Shown here piece after piece: positions 28,295-36,737 of a stretch of 64,000 nt of DNA; positions within the stretch are counted from its first letter, which is position 1, and each line of letters begins with the position of its first letter. The translations under genes and the position numbers were made by a program. A model generated the notes under the pieces. It did not search any database and was not told the DNA's origin. It was given only the letters and a program-made list of their open reading frames with translations. Source of the DNA: Thermodesulfobacteriota bacterium (GTDB taxonomy: Bacteria > Desulfobacterota > Desulfobacteria > Desulfobacterales > SURF-7); NCBI GenBank assembly GCA_049320885.1, contig JBMORA010000018.1, forward strand, positions 32,001-96,000. Reading direction: 5' to 3'.

Positions 28295-29356
28295 TTATGC
28301 CGCCTGCTCATTGGGAACGGCGGCGTTGGGTTCGGCGCACAAACCGGACTCCCCCCAGATGTAGCGGCCGTATTTCAAATACCCCTGAACGTTATTGAGC
28401 CGGGAGTCGATTCCTTTTTCCACGGGAATTACATTGCCGCTGATGAGGGGTTTTAAATGGGCGGCCAATTCCATGCACCCGCCGCCGGTCAGGATGATCG
28501 CGTCCATGTCCCAATCATCCGCCCACAGGCGATCGATATCGTTGGCCATGGCCTCGGCGGCCTGCTTGAACACCTGGTCGCGAATTTTGGAGATATCGTA
28601 TTCCTGACCTCTCATCTTGATGATACCGCTTTCCACCGCATTATACATCCGGTACAATTCCACATTGATGCCGGTTTTTTCCTGTAATTTATTGGCGATC
28701 ACCCGAAAAATCTTGGAAATACCCGTATCCATGGTTGCACTGCCGCGGTCGATATAGCGCAGTTTGTCAAAAATGGTATAATCCGTGGTGCGAAAACCGA
28801 TATCCACCACGCCCACCTTCTGGCGGGTCAGATCGGCATTGACGATCTTTCCTTTTTCGTCCATCAGCAGATTGAAAAAGCTGCCCAGCGGCTGTGGCAT
28901 CATCCGCACCTTCTTGATGGCGATTCGACGCGTGATGTCCGTCCCGTCCGGCCGGTGATAGGTAATGTTGTGCTGCCCTGTCAGAATTTTGGCGAGACGC
29001 GCGTTGTTGTCCTTGAAGTAGGCAACCGGGAGACCGGAAACCACATTCATCGGCTGCTCTTTTTCCGAAAATTTGCCGGCCGCGGTCAGAGCAAGAATCC
29101 TCGCGAACTCGGTCAGGAGCTTTTCCTGATCCAGGGTGAACTGACGTACGTTGGATTGCTGCTCCGCATAGTCGCCGACAAAATACGATTTCTCGCCGAT
29201 GGTCACATGCAGATTGCTCGCGAAGGTGGTGTTACCGAAATCGGAGCGGAACTGGATATCCACCGCCTCGCCGAAAATCGATTTAAACATGACGGTTTCT
29301 TTCCCATTGAAGGCTTTCGTGAAACCGAAACCGATGTCAAGTCCCAGGATATCCAT
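28295..29356 (-). CDS. ParM/StbA-family actin-like ATPase
   Basis: GGAGG RBS; actin-fold motifs LDIGFGFTK (phosphate 1), PQPLG, VDIGFRTTD (phosphate 2), LTGGG (adenosine) and NVQGY. Confidence 0.9.
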   Translation of the reverse strand: MDILGLDIGFGFTKAFNGKETVMFKSIFGEAVDIQFRSDFGNTTFASNLHVTIGEKSYFVGDYAEQQSNVRQFTLDQEKLLTEFARILALTAAGKFSEKEQPMNVVSGLPVAYFKDNNARLAKILTGQHNITYHRPDGTDITRRIAIKKVRMMPQPLGSFFNLLMDEKGKIVNADLTRQKVGVVDIGFRTTDYTIFDKLRYIDRGSATMDTGISKIFRVIANKLQEKTGINVELYRMYNAVESGIIKMRGQEYDISKIRDQVFKQAAEAMANDIDRLWADDWDMDAIILTGGGCMELAAHLKPLISGNVIPVEKGIDSRLNNVQGYLKYGRYIWGESGLCAEPNAAVPNEQAA

Positions 29357-29418
29357 GGCTCCCTCCACAAGTAGGTCCGTAGGGTGATGGTTGAGGCGAG
29401 TATTTGAATCTAAACATA

Positions 29419-29434
29419 AGCAAATATAATGCCA
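29419..29434 (-). promoter_or_regulatory. Sigma54 (-24/-12) promoter upstream of the ParM-like gene
   Basis: Minus strand TGGCATTATATTTGCT, exact GG-N10-GC spacing, ~60 bp upstream of the ATG. Confidence 0.72.
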
Positions 29435-29738
29435 TGTGCATTTAGAACCGCGGCGGTTGACGCCCTCCCACGGAATGCCCGCCGCTTCAAGTCCCTTCAC
29501 CTGTTTCCTTTCCCGGTCATCGCCATTTTCGACGAAATCTTGACTTCGGGCACGCCAATATTTTGGCTCTCCACGGTTATCGCCCTTATGACGGGAGGAG
29601 AATTATCGCTCCGGGTCCGAACCGGAATCCCTCCGCAAGGGAATATTGCCATCTGCGAACAAATCTGTTATGTAGGGAAAAATCATGCCGCACAGCCGGC
29701 ATATTCCCCCGAAAAGTCAATTCGTACGAGGAAGTCCC

Positions 29739-30218
29739 ATGCACCCTATCAACCTGAACGATGGAACCATCGAATACGAAGGCAGATGGCTCACGATCCA
29801 TGATCTGACGGCGGCGATCCAAAAGAAAATAGAATCCGGCGACATGAAATTCGCGGAGCTGGCCGCCGCACTGGAGGAACTGAACAAGGCGATTGAAAAC
29901 TCGCGGACCATATCCGTCAAATTGATTTTGGAAAAAACCGAATACGAAGCCTTGCGGGAAAAGGGCCAAGCCGATGACCGCGAGTGTATCCTCAAGGCAA
30001 TCAAGGCCTTCATCGGAAAAGAGCCCGCCGCTGTCAAGGAATCCTTTGCCGAAACCATCGCTTATATGCCGCCGCCCAAAAAAATAAAAAAGAAAGGCAA
30101 GATCAAATGCGCCGGCTGCGGCAAGCCCATTGAGGTTTCTCTCGACGAGGAGGAGAGTGAAATCCATTGCAGCCATTGCGGCGCCAGGGGGCTTCTCAAG
30201 CCGCGGCAGATGGAATAG
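29739..30218 (+). CDS. Hypothetical protein with central RHH-like segment and C-terminal zinc ribbon
   Basis: GAGGA RBS; CAGC...CSHC; strand-helix-helix segment RTISVKLILEKTEYEALREK...RECILKAIKAFI. Confidence 0.7.
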   Translation: MHPINLNDGTIEYEGRWLTIHDLTAAIQKKIESGDMKFAELAAALEELNKAIENSRTISVKLILEKTEYEALREKGQADDRECILKAIKAFIGKEPAAVKESFAETIAYMPPPKKIKKKGKIKCAGCGKPIEVSLDEEESEIHCSHCGARGLLKPRQME

Positions 30219-30289
30219 GAGTTCGTTACCGGACAACCCCCGCCGCTATCGGCATCGGCCGAGGGTGACGCGAACCGTCTTCCCGGCTC

Positions 30290-30787
30290 TCAGCCTCGGG
30301 AACTGATCGCCGACCGGATTTTCTCGATAATGTCAGCCGTCACCCGCCGGGTTGCTTCCATTTTTGAAGCGGAAGTCACCGCATCCACCGCCAGCGACTC
30401 CGGCGTCCATTCTTCATCTCCCGCGGTGACCAGAACCACCAGACGCTCCTTGGCGGGAAGAGCCTCGATGAATTTCAGCACCTCGGGGCTTAACGACCAG
30501 GCGATGCAGGAATTGAGGATGATGATCCCGTCATACTCCTCGGCCCGCTCCTGCCCCAGATTGGTCACGTCGATCATTTTGACGTAGACCCGATCGTTTT
30601 CCAGGGCCTCGATGACGCCTTCCACAACAGCGGTCTTGAATTCACTGGATTCCGTCGCGATCAGCACCTTGTGTTCAAACCGCGCCATGTCGCCGATTTC
30701 AACGGTCCTGACCGGCGGAAGTGTGCACCCGGCAAGCCCTGCCAGCACCATTACCCACAGAACCCCAAACGCCATCCTGCAAGTCAT
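30290..30787 (-). CDS. Lipoprotein, flavodoxin-like alpha/beta fold
   Basis: Lipobox LAGC after a hydrophobic signal; KVLIAT, YDGIII and DAVTSAS segments. Confidence 0.7.
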   Translation of the reverse strand: MTCRMAFGVLWVMVLAGLAGCTLPPVRTVEIGDMARFEHKVLIATESSEFKTAVVEGVIEALENDRVYVKMIDVTNLGQERAEEYDGIIILNSCIAWSLSPEVLKFIEALPAKERLVVLVTAGDEEWTPESLAVDAVTSASKMEATRRVTADIIEKIRSAISSRG

Positions 30788-30850
30788 CTTCCGGCCTCCT
30801 GATGTCCCCGGGACAGGAATGAACGTGATTTCAAAACGGTTGTAAAACCC

Positions 30851-31036
30851 TCAGGATGATTTCTTGGCGGCATACCCGTCGGCGTACCATCCGCCGCCCT
30901 TCAGGGAGAAGGTGCATTGGGAAATGATTTTTTTCGCTTTCTGATGGCATTCCGGGCATTCGATTTCCTCGGTGCCCATGCCGACCAGTCTTTCCGTGAT
31001 GGTTCCTTGCGGACATTCAAACTCATAAACCGGCAT
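30851..31036 (-). CDS. FmdB-family zinc ribbon protein
   Basis: AGGAGG RBS; MPVYEFEC...CPEC...FSLKGGGWYADGY. Confidence 0.88.
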   Translation of the reverse strand: MPVYEFECPQGTITERLVGMGTEEIECPECHQKAKKIISQCTFSLKGGGWYADGYAAKKSS

Positions 31037-31263
31037 GATCGTTTTCCTCCTGTAATGGCCTTGACGCATCCCGCCCATGACGCTGCTCCATAAGCCAAGG
31101 TCCGGGATCCGTTTTTCGATCAAGGTGACATTTATACCTTTCCTTGAACCCAAGATCAAGCTTCTTTTTGATAACAGCGGCCCGAAAGAAACTGGACGAA
31201 CCGCTTTTCACCCAAAAATGGCATGGAATGACAAAGGCTTCCGGATCGTGTCGCTCTTAATGG

Positions 31264-31293
31264 TTGACATTACCGCCGCTTGTCCGGTAGCAT
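31264..31293 (+). promoter_or_regulatory. Possible sigma70 promoter for the DUF4384-cyclase-CHAT operon
   Basis: TTGACA-N18-TAGCAT, ~80 bp upstream of the ATG at 31371. Confidence 0.4.
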
Positions 31294-31370
31294 GGTTGCA
31301 TATAATAAAATAAGGACATTATCTCCTTCATTCCCGTATTCACCTTCAAACAGCCGTCGGGGGATGGGCC

Positions 31371-31979
31371 ATGCGCCGCTTCATCTGCTTCGCAGGTTTT
31401 TTTACCCTGTTATATTTCAGCACAGCCGCGGCTGAAAAGTCCGATTCGACCCGGGCGCGGATGGGGATTCAAATCAAACGCGGGCAACACGCGGTATTGG
31501 CGGAAAACACCCGGAGCCTGCAACCCGGTGATCAACTTAGAATTTATGTGATCCCGGAAAGCGAAGCCTTTGTTTATGTTGTTCACTCCGACCAGGCAAA
31601 GGCAAGTTTACTGAATCAAGATCGCGCCGGGATGAAAGAATCCAACCTGATTCTTCCCTCACCGGGTGGTTTTTTCGAGGTGGATGGTCAAAGCACCCAT
31701 GAAGCCATCACCATTGTTTGCAGCCACCGGGAATTGAAGGAACTCGCCGGTCTTTTCCACCAGGGTACGGCCTCCCATTCGGAATGGAAGGGCCTGGAAC
31801 AAAAACTGCTTGGACAAAACCGGATCGAGTTGAACCAGAATATAGAAAAACCCCTGACCATCGCGGGAAACGTCAGAGGCATATCCCCGGCCCTGCCGGA
31901 TCCGTTTATCGGACGCCTGCGGGCTTATTCCGGCCATAAGGTTCTGGTCAAGACCTATGCCTTCGCCGTTCAGAAATAG
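31371..31979 (+). CDS. Exported DUF4384-like protein
   Basis: Signal peptide (STAAA|E); LQPGDQLRIYV...AFVYVVHSD...LILPS...EAITIVCS pattern. Confidence 0.7.
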   Translation: MRRFICFAGFFTLLYFSTAAAEKSDSTRARMGIQIKRGQHAVLAENTRSLQPGDQLRIYVIPESEAFVYVVHSDQAKASLLNQDRAGMKESNLILPSPGGFFEVDGQSTHEAITIVCSHRELKELAGLFHQGTASHSEWKGLEQKLLGQNRIELNQNIEKPLTIAGNVRGISPALPDPFIGRLRAYSGHKVLVKTYAFAVQK

Positions 31980-34149
31980 AAACAGCCTCACATTTATCGC
32001 CCTGTTATCCGCCGGCATTGTAACGGCCCTGCTGCTTTTTTGGACAGCCCTGGGCACGGTCTGGACCACCTGGGATCATCAGATCCTGGATCGATTATAC
32101 TCCCGGGCGGTACAATACGGATACGGCCCTGCCAAGTCTCCGCACATCGCCTATATCTTGATAACCGATGAAACTTATCAGTATTTCGGCAAAAACCATC
32201 TGGACCGCGCCGACATGGCCAGACTCAACGGGATCCTGAAAGACTTGGGCGTCCGGGCCGTTGTCTACGATATCATCTTCTCCCATCCGAGCAGGCCGTC
32301 CGCGGACCGGATTTTCACCGCATCCATCCGGGAAAACGGCCGGGTGTATTTACCCGTGGGTTTGGACCGAACCCCCCGGTCGCAACCGTTTCGCTGGGGA
32401 AAAGGCCCGGCCTTCGAACGCCTGAATTCCGATTACCTCAAAAAACCCATGGAAATGAACCCGGGGAACCCCTACCACGCCACCCGGTCCCTGATGCAGT
32501 ATGACGATTTTGCCGCGGCGGCCAAAAACTCGGGACAAATCTGCAGCGTTGCGGACACGGACGGCGTTTATCGCCACATCCCTGCGCTGATTAAAATCGA
32601 TGACCGCTGCATGCCTTCTCTTGCCCTGTCCGTATTCCTGGATTGGGTCGATGTCCCCCTGAATACGATCCAGGTGACCTGGGGGGAGGAAATCGTGATT
32701 CCGGCTGATAAAAAGGGCTTGATGAACCGGGAGGTACGCATTCCCATCGATGACCGGGGGCTTGTTTTCGTGCCGTTCGTTCAGGTGTGGGGTCGGGAAT
32801 TCCCCATGATGGGAGCCCATGACCTGATACAATACCATGAAGATGAATACATGCGCGGCAACCTGGCCGATGAGTTCGAAGAAAAGTTCGTGTTCATCGG
32901 TGACATTTCATCGGGAATCGCGGATTCCGGATATACCACCCTGCAGGAAGAAGTGCCGCTGATCGTTTTGCACACCGCCCTGCTCAATGGGCTGCTCCAC
33001 AATCAATTCTACCGCAAATGGCCCTTCAGCGCCGTTCTCTGCCTGATCGCCGTATCGGGCTTGTGCCTTGCGGCGGCAGCTGCTTTCCGCTCCAATACCG
33101 TTTTGTACGGCCTGGGTTTTCTGTTGCTGGCCGGACTGCCGCTCTGGGCCTTTTACCATCTGATCCGGTTCGTTTTGGTTCCCGCGGCAACCATCGGCGG
33201 CAGCATATTCCTGCTTTTCCTGGGGCTCATCATCGGCCTCCAACTGTTTTCCGCGAGGGAACGGGCTTTCATTAAAAACGCCTTCTCCAAGTATGTTCCG
33301 GAAAAAGTGGTGGATGAACTGATCGACTCCCCCCATCAGTTGAAGCTCGGCGGAGAAGAGCAGGTGGTCACCATGCTGTTTTCGGATCTGGCGGGCTTCA
33401 CCGGCATTTCCGAAAACATGCCGCCGCCGGAACTGGTGCAGCTATTGAATTCCTATCTCACGGAAATGACGGAAATTATCCTGGCGGAGGGCGGCATCAT
33501 CGATAAATACGAGGGTGACGCCATCATGGCGGAATTCGGCATGCCGATCCCCAGCAGCAACCACGCCGACCAGGCGGTCCACAGCGCCCTGAAAATGCAG
33601 CAACGGTTGCGGGCTCTGCGCGCCGAATGGGCGGGAAAAGGGCTGCCGCAGTTGACCTGCCGCATCGGCATCAACACCGGTCCGGTGATTGTCGGTAATA
33701 TGGGGTCCAGACAGGTATTCGACTATACCGTTATCGGTGATGACGTGAATCTGGCCTCCCGTTTGGAAGGGGCCAATAAACAATACCATACGGACATCCT
33801 CATTTCCGAGGCCACCCGGAATCATCTGACCGCGGGCCTGTTCGCCACCCGTATGTTGGATGTGGTCAAGGTCAAAGGGAAATCCAAGGCCGTCACCATA
33901 TTCGAAGTCATCGGACTGGCATCGGAGCCCATGCGTCCCGAAGACCGGTTGTACTATCAGCGTTATCACGATGCGTTTCATGCATATTTATCCAGGAATT
34001 TCCAGCAAGCGGAGCAGTTGTTTTCCATGGCTTTGGTCCAGCGACCGGAGGACGTCGCCGCCCGGCTCATGATGGATCGGATCCGGACCGTCAATCCCGT
34101 TGACCTGCCGATGGATTGGGATGGCTCCGTCACCCTGACATCCAAATGA
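31957..34149 (+). CDS. CHASE2-domain class III adenylate cyclase
   Basis: N-terminal TM, CHASE2 (YDIIF, DTDGVYR), three TM helices, and cyclase motifs FSDLAGFT, DKYEGDAIM and DYTVIGDDVNLASRLE. Confidence 0.93.
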   Translation: MPSPFRNRNSLTFIALLSAGIVTALLLFWTALGTVWTTWDHQILDRLYSRAVQYGYGPAKSPHIAYILITDETYQYFGKNHLDRADMARLNGILKDLGVRAVVYDIIFSHPSRPSADRIFTASIRENGRVYLPVGLDRTPRSQPFRWGKGPAFERLNSDYLKKPMEMNPGNPYHATRSLMQYDDFAAAAKNSGQICSVADTDGVYRHIPALIKIDDRCMPSLALSVFLDWVDVPLNTIQVTWGEEIVIPADKKGLMNREVRIPIDDRGLVFVPFVQVWGREFPMMGAHDLIQYHEDEYMRGNLADEFEEKFVFIGDISSGIADSGYTTLQEEVPLIVLHTALLNGLLHNQFYRKWPFSAVLCLIAVSGLCLAAAAAFRSNTVLYGLGFLLLAGLPLWAFYHLIRFVLVPAATIGGSIFLLFLGLIIGLQLFSARERAFIKNAFSKYVPEKVVDELIDSPHQLKLGGEEQVVTMLFSDLAGFTGISENMPPPELVQLLNSYLTEMTEIILAEGGIIDKYEGDAIMAEFGMPIPSSNHADQAVHSALKMQQRLRALRAEWAGKGLPQLTCRIGINTGPVIVGNMGSRQVFDYTVIGDDVNLASRLEGANKQYHTDILISEATRNHLTAGLFATRMLDVVKVKGKSKAVTIFEVIGLASEPMRPEDRLYYQRYHDAFHAYLSRNFQQAEQLFSMALVQRPEDVAARLMMDRIRTVNPVDLPMDWDGSVTLTSK

Positions 34150-36737
34150 ACATCTACTTCTCAACGCTCAAGCGGCAAACGCCGATCCTCCTTCTTTTTC
34201 TGGCATGCCTGATGGTGAACGGCAATGCGTCCGCCGTCTCGGCGGATGTTGAAAAGCATGCCGACGGATTGGAGGAGATCCAGCGCCTGTATGCCATCGG
34301 ACAAGAGCATCTCGCAGGAGGCCGGTTCGACCAGGCCCTGACGAATTTCCAGGGCGCCCTGGACCTGACCGAACAATACCAGCAGAAGGAAGGGAAGCAT
34401 CTGATCCACGCCCAGATGGGAATGGCATGCTATGCCCTGGGCCGCCATGACCAGGCGGGAAAACACTTTCAGAAAGCCCTGGCAAACGCCAACAATTCGG
34501 ACAGCCCTGACTTTTTCTGCGCTGTTTTTACCAATCTCGGACTGACATGCTATGCCCGTTGTCTATTCGATCAGGCCGCGGCCTCATTTGAGCAGGCCCT
34601 CCGGATCGCCGAACAGCCGGGGTCTTCCATCCAGACCGCCCCTCTTTATTCCTACCTGGGCATGGTGCATCATGCCTGGGCCCGATATGACACGGCGCTT
34701 GATTACTATCGCAAGGCCTTATCCCAGGCGGAAACCCGGGGATTCAAGGATATGGAAAGCGGGAACCTGAGGAACATCGGCCTGATATATCAGGCGAGGC
34801 GGCAATTCGACCAAGCCATGGATCATTATCACCGCTCCCTTGCCGTCGCCGGCGGTTCCGGCAACAAATCCGAATCCCTGGCCGGACTGAATTGTCTCGG
34901 AAGCGTTTATTTCCAGCTGCGCAGGTTTGATGATGCCCGCGACTGCTATGCCAGGGCGATTCAACTATCCCGGGAACTACAACAGAAAGACCAAATGGCG
35001 CGCGGCCATATTCATATGGGGGGCGCCTATCATGCCTTGGGAAAACTGGATCTCGCCCTGGAGCAATACCAGGAAGCATGGACGATTTTGCGGACCACCG
35101 GATTCAAGGCGGATATGATCACCTGCCTGAATAACCAGGGGCTCGTTCGTCATGCCCGGCAGGAATATGGACCCGCGGCGGCCTGTTTCCAAGAGGCCGT
35201 ATCCCTGATCGAGGAAATCAGGAACACGGCCCAGGGTGAGATCCGGCGGGATTATTTGGCCTCCCAGCTTGCCGCCTACGGACGTTTGGTGTCCACCCAT
35301 ATCCGCAATAAAGAACCGGAAAAAGCTTTCAACGTGACGGAATTGTCTTCCGCCAAATATCTTGCGGAAAAGCTCTCCCCCCAGGAACCGGGAAAAAATC
35401 CCGCGGCGTTTGATATCGGTTCGGAAAAGCAACTGATTCCGGCCGGCACGGTTGTCATCAAATTCGCCAATTTCTCCTGGAATCAAACCAGCCGGATTTG
35501 GGTGGCCGGCAAGTCGGTTCATGGCCTTGAAGTTCCCGCCGAACGCCTGCTGGACGGTTTGCCTCCCCGGATGAAACGGATCGCCGCGGATGGTTTTGTC
35601 CCGGAAAGAGGGCTGGTGCGGAAAAAGGATGGGGATACCGCTGTCTCCTCCCTGGAAAGTCCCGACACGGATCAGGGCGCAGTGGCCAGGCTCATTCACT
35701 ATTATCGGCAGCTCCTGACTCTCCCGCGGCCCACCGGTGAAGACGAACAAATTTTAAGGCGGATTTCCGCCGAACTCTACGGCTTCTTGTTTTCCGGCAT
35801 GGAGCAACTGCTGGAGAATCAAAAGGAACTGGTGATTTTACCCGACGACGTCCTGTGCCTGCTGCCCTTTGAAACCCTGATCATGCCGGACGGACGCTAT
35901 TTATGCCAACGTTTCATCATCCGCTATGCCCAATCGCTGACCGTTGCCGGCCGGATCGCCCGGAAAAAATACACCCATCCCCGCAAAAGCATCCTCGCGC
36001 TGGGCGGACCGGTTTTTGGAAGAAGCCTGAACCGCTACCCGCCTATTTCCAGCCCCGAAGAATTGGAAGCGCTGAAAAAGAAGACCTTGGCGGCGATTCA
36101 AGAACGGGCGCCCCTCCAGGAAACCTACGGCAGGCTGGGGCTTGCCGAATGGGAGGATATTCCCGGCGCCCTGGAAGAAGTACAGACCATTCAGAAACTG
36201 ATGCCGGACGGTGAAATGGTGGTCGGCAGGGATTTGACGGAAGAATTCATCAAAAAGGCATCCCTTTCCGGACTGCTCACCCGGTTCAAAACCATTCATT
36301 TCGCCACCCATGCCGTGGCCGTGCCGGAAATACCGGAATTATCCGCCATTGTGCTATCTCATACAGCAGAATCAGCGGAAGACGGTTTCCTGCGCATGGA
36401 GGAAATTGCCGGCCTCCGCATTCAGGCTGATTTCGTCAACCTGTCCGCCTGCAACACCGGATTGGGGAAAGTTTACAGCGGCGAGGGCATGGTGGGGCTA
36501 ACCCAGGCCTTTCTGCTGGCCGGCGCCAACAGTCTCTGTGTATCCCTCTGGCCGGTGGCGGACCAGGGCACCACCCAATTCATGGTGGCCCTTTATCAAA
36601 TGGCTCGGAAAACCGGCAGCGACTATCCCCGGGCCATCCATGCCGTCAAACGTCGCTTCATTGCCGGCGACTTTGGCGCCGATTTCCAGCGCCCTTACTA
36701 CTGGGCGCCCTTTGTCTATTACGGACCGTATTATTGA
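34146..36737 (+). CDS. TPR-repeat CHAT-domain (caspase-family) protease with signal peptide
   Basis: Signal-like N-terminus, ~8 TPR repeats, LPFETL, HFATHA (catalytic His), LSACNTG (catalytic Cys), SLWPVAD and YWAPF; ATGA overlap with the cyclase. Confidence 0.92.
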   Translation: MNIYFSTLKRQTPILLLFLACLMVNGNASAVSADVEKHADGLEEIQRLYAIGQEHLAGGRFDQALTNFQGALDLTEQYQQKEGKHLIHAQMGMACYALGRHDQAGKHFQKALANANNSDSPDFFCAVFTNLGLTCYARCLFDQAAASFEQALRIAEQPGSSIQTAPLYSYLGMVHHAWARYDTALDYYRKALSQAETRGFKDMESGNLRNIGLIYQARRQFDQAMDHYHRSLAVAGGSGNKSESLAGLNCLGSVYFQLRRFDDARDCYARAIQLSRELQQKDQMARGHIHMGGAYHALGKLDLALEQYQEAWTILRTTGFKADMITCLNNQGLVRHARQEYGPAAACFQEAVSLIEEIRNTAQGEIRRDYLASQLAAYGRLVSTHIRNKEPEKAFNVTELSSAKYLAEKLSPQEPGKNPAAFDIGSEKQLIPAGTVVIKFANFSWNQTSRIWVAGKSVHGLEVPAERLLDGLPPRMKRIAADGFVPERGLVRKKDGDTAVSSLESPDTDQGAVARLIHYYRQLLTLPRPTGEDEQILRRISAELYGFLFSGMEQLLENQKELVILPDDVLCLLPFETLIMPDGRYLCQRFIIRYAQSLTVAGRIARKKYTHPRKSILALGGPVFGRSLNRYPPISSPEELEALKKKTLAAIQERAPLQETYGRLGLAEWEDIPGALEEVQTIQKLMPDGEMVVGRDLTEEFIKKASLSGLLTRFKTIHFATHAVAVPEIPELSAIVLSHTAESAEDGFLRMEEIAGLRIQADFVNLSACNTGLGKVYSGEGMVGLTQAFLLAGANSLCVSLWPVADQGTTQFMVALYQMARKTGSDYPRAIHAVKRRFIAGDFGADFQRPYYWAPFVYYGPYY

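Noticed and set aside
34146..36737. CRISPR-associated (Craspase-type) or anti-phage TPR-CHAT
   Set aside because: No cas genes, array or gasdermin-like neighbour, and the protein appears to be exported.
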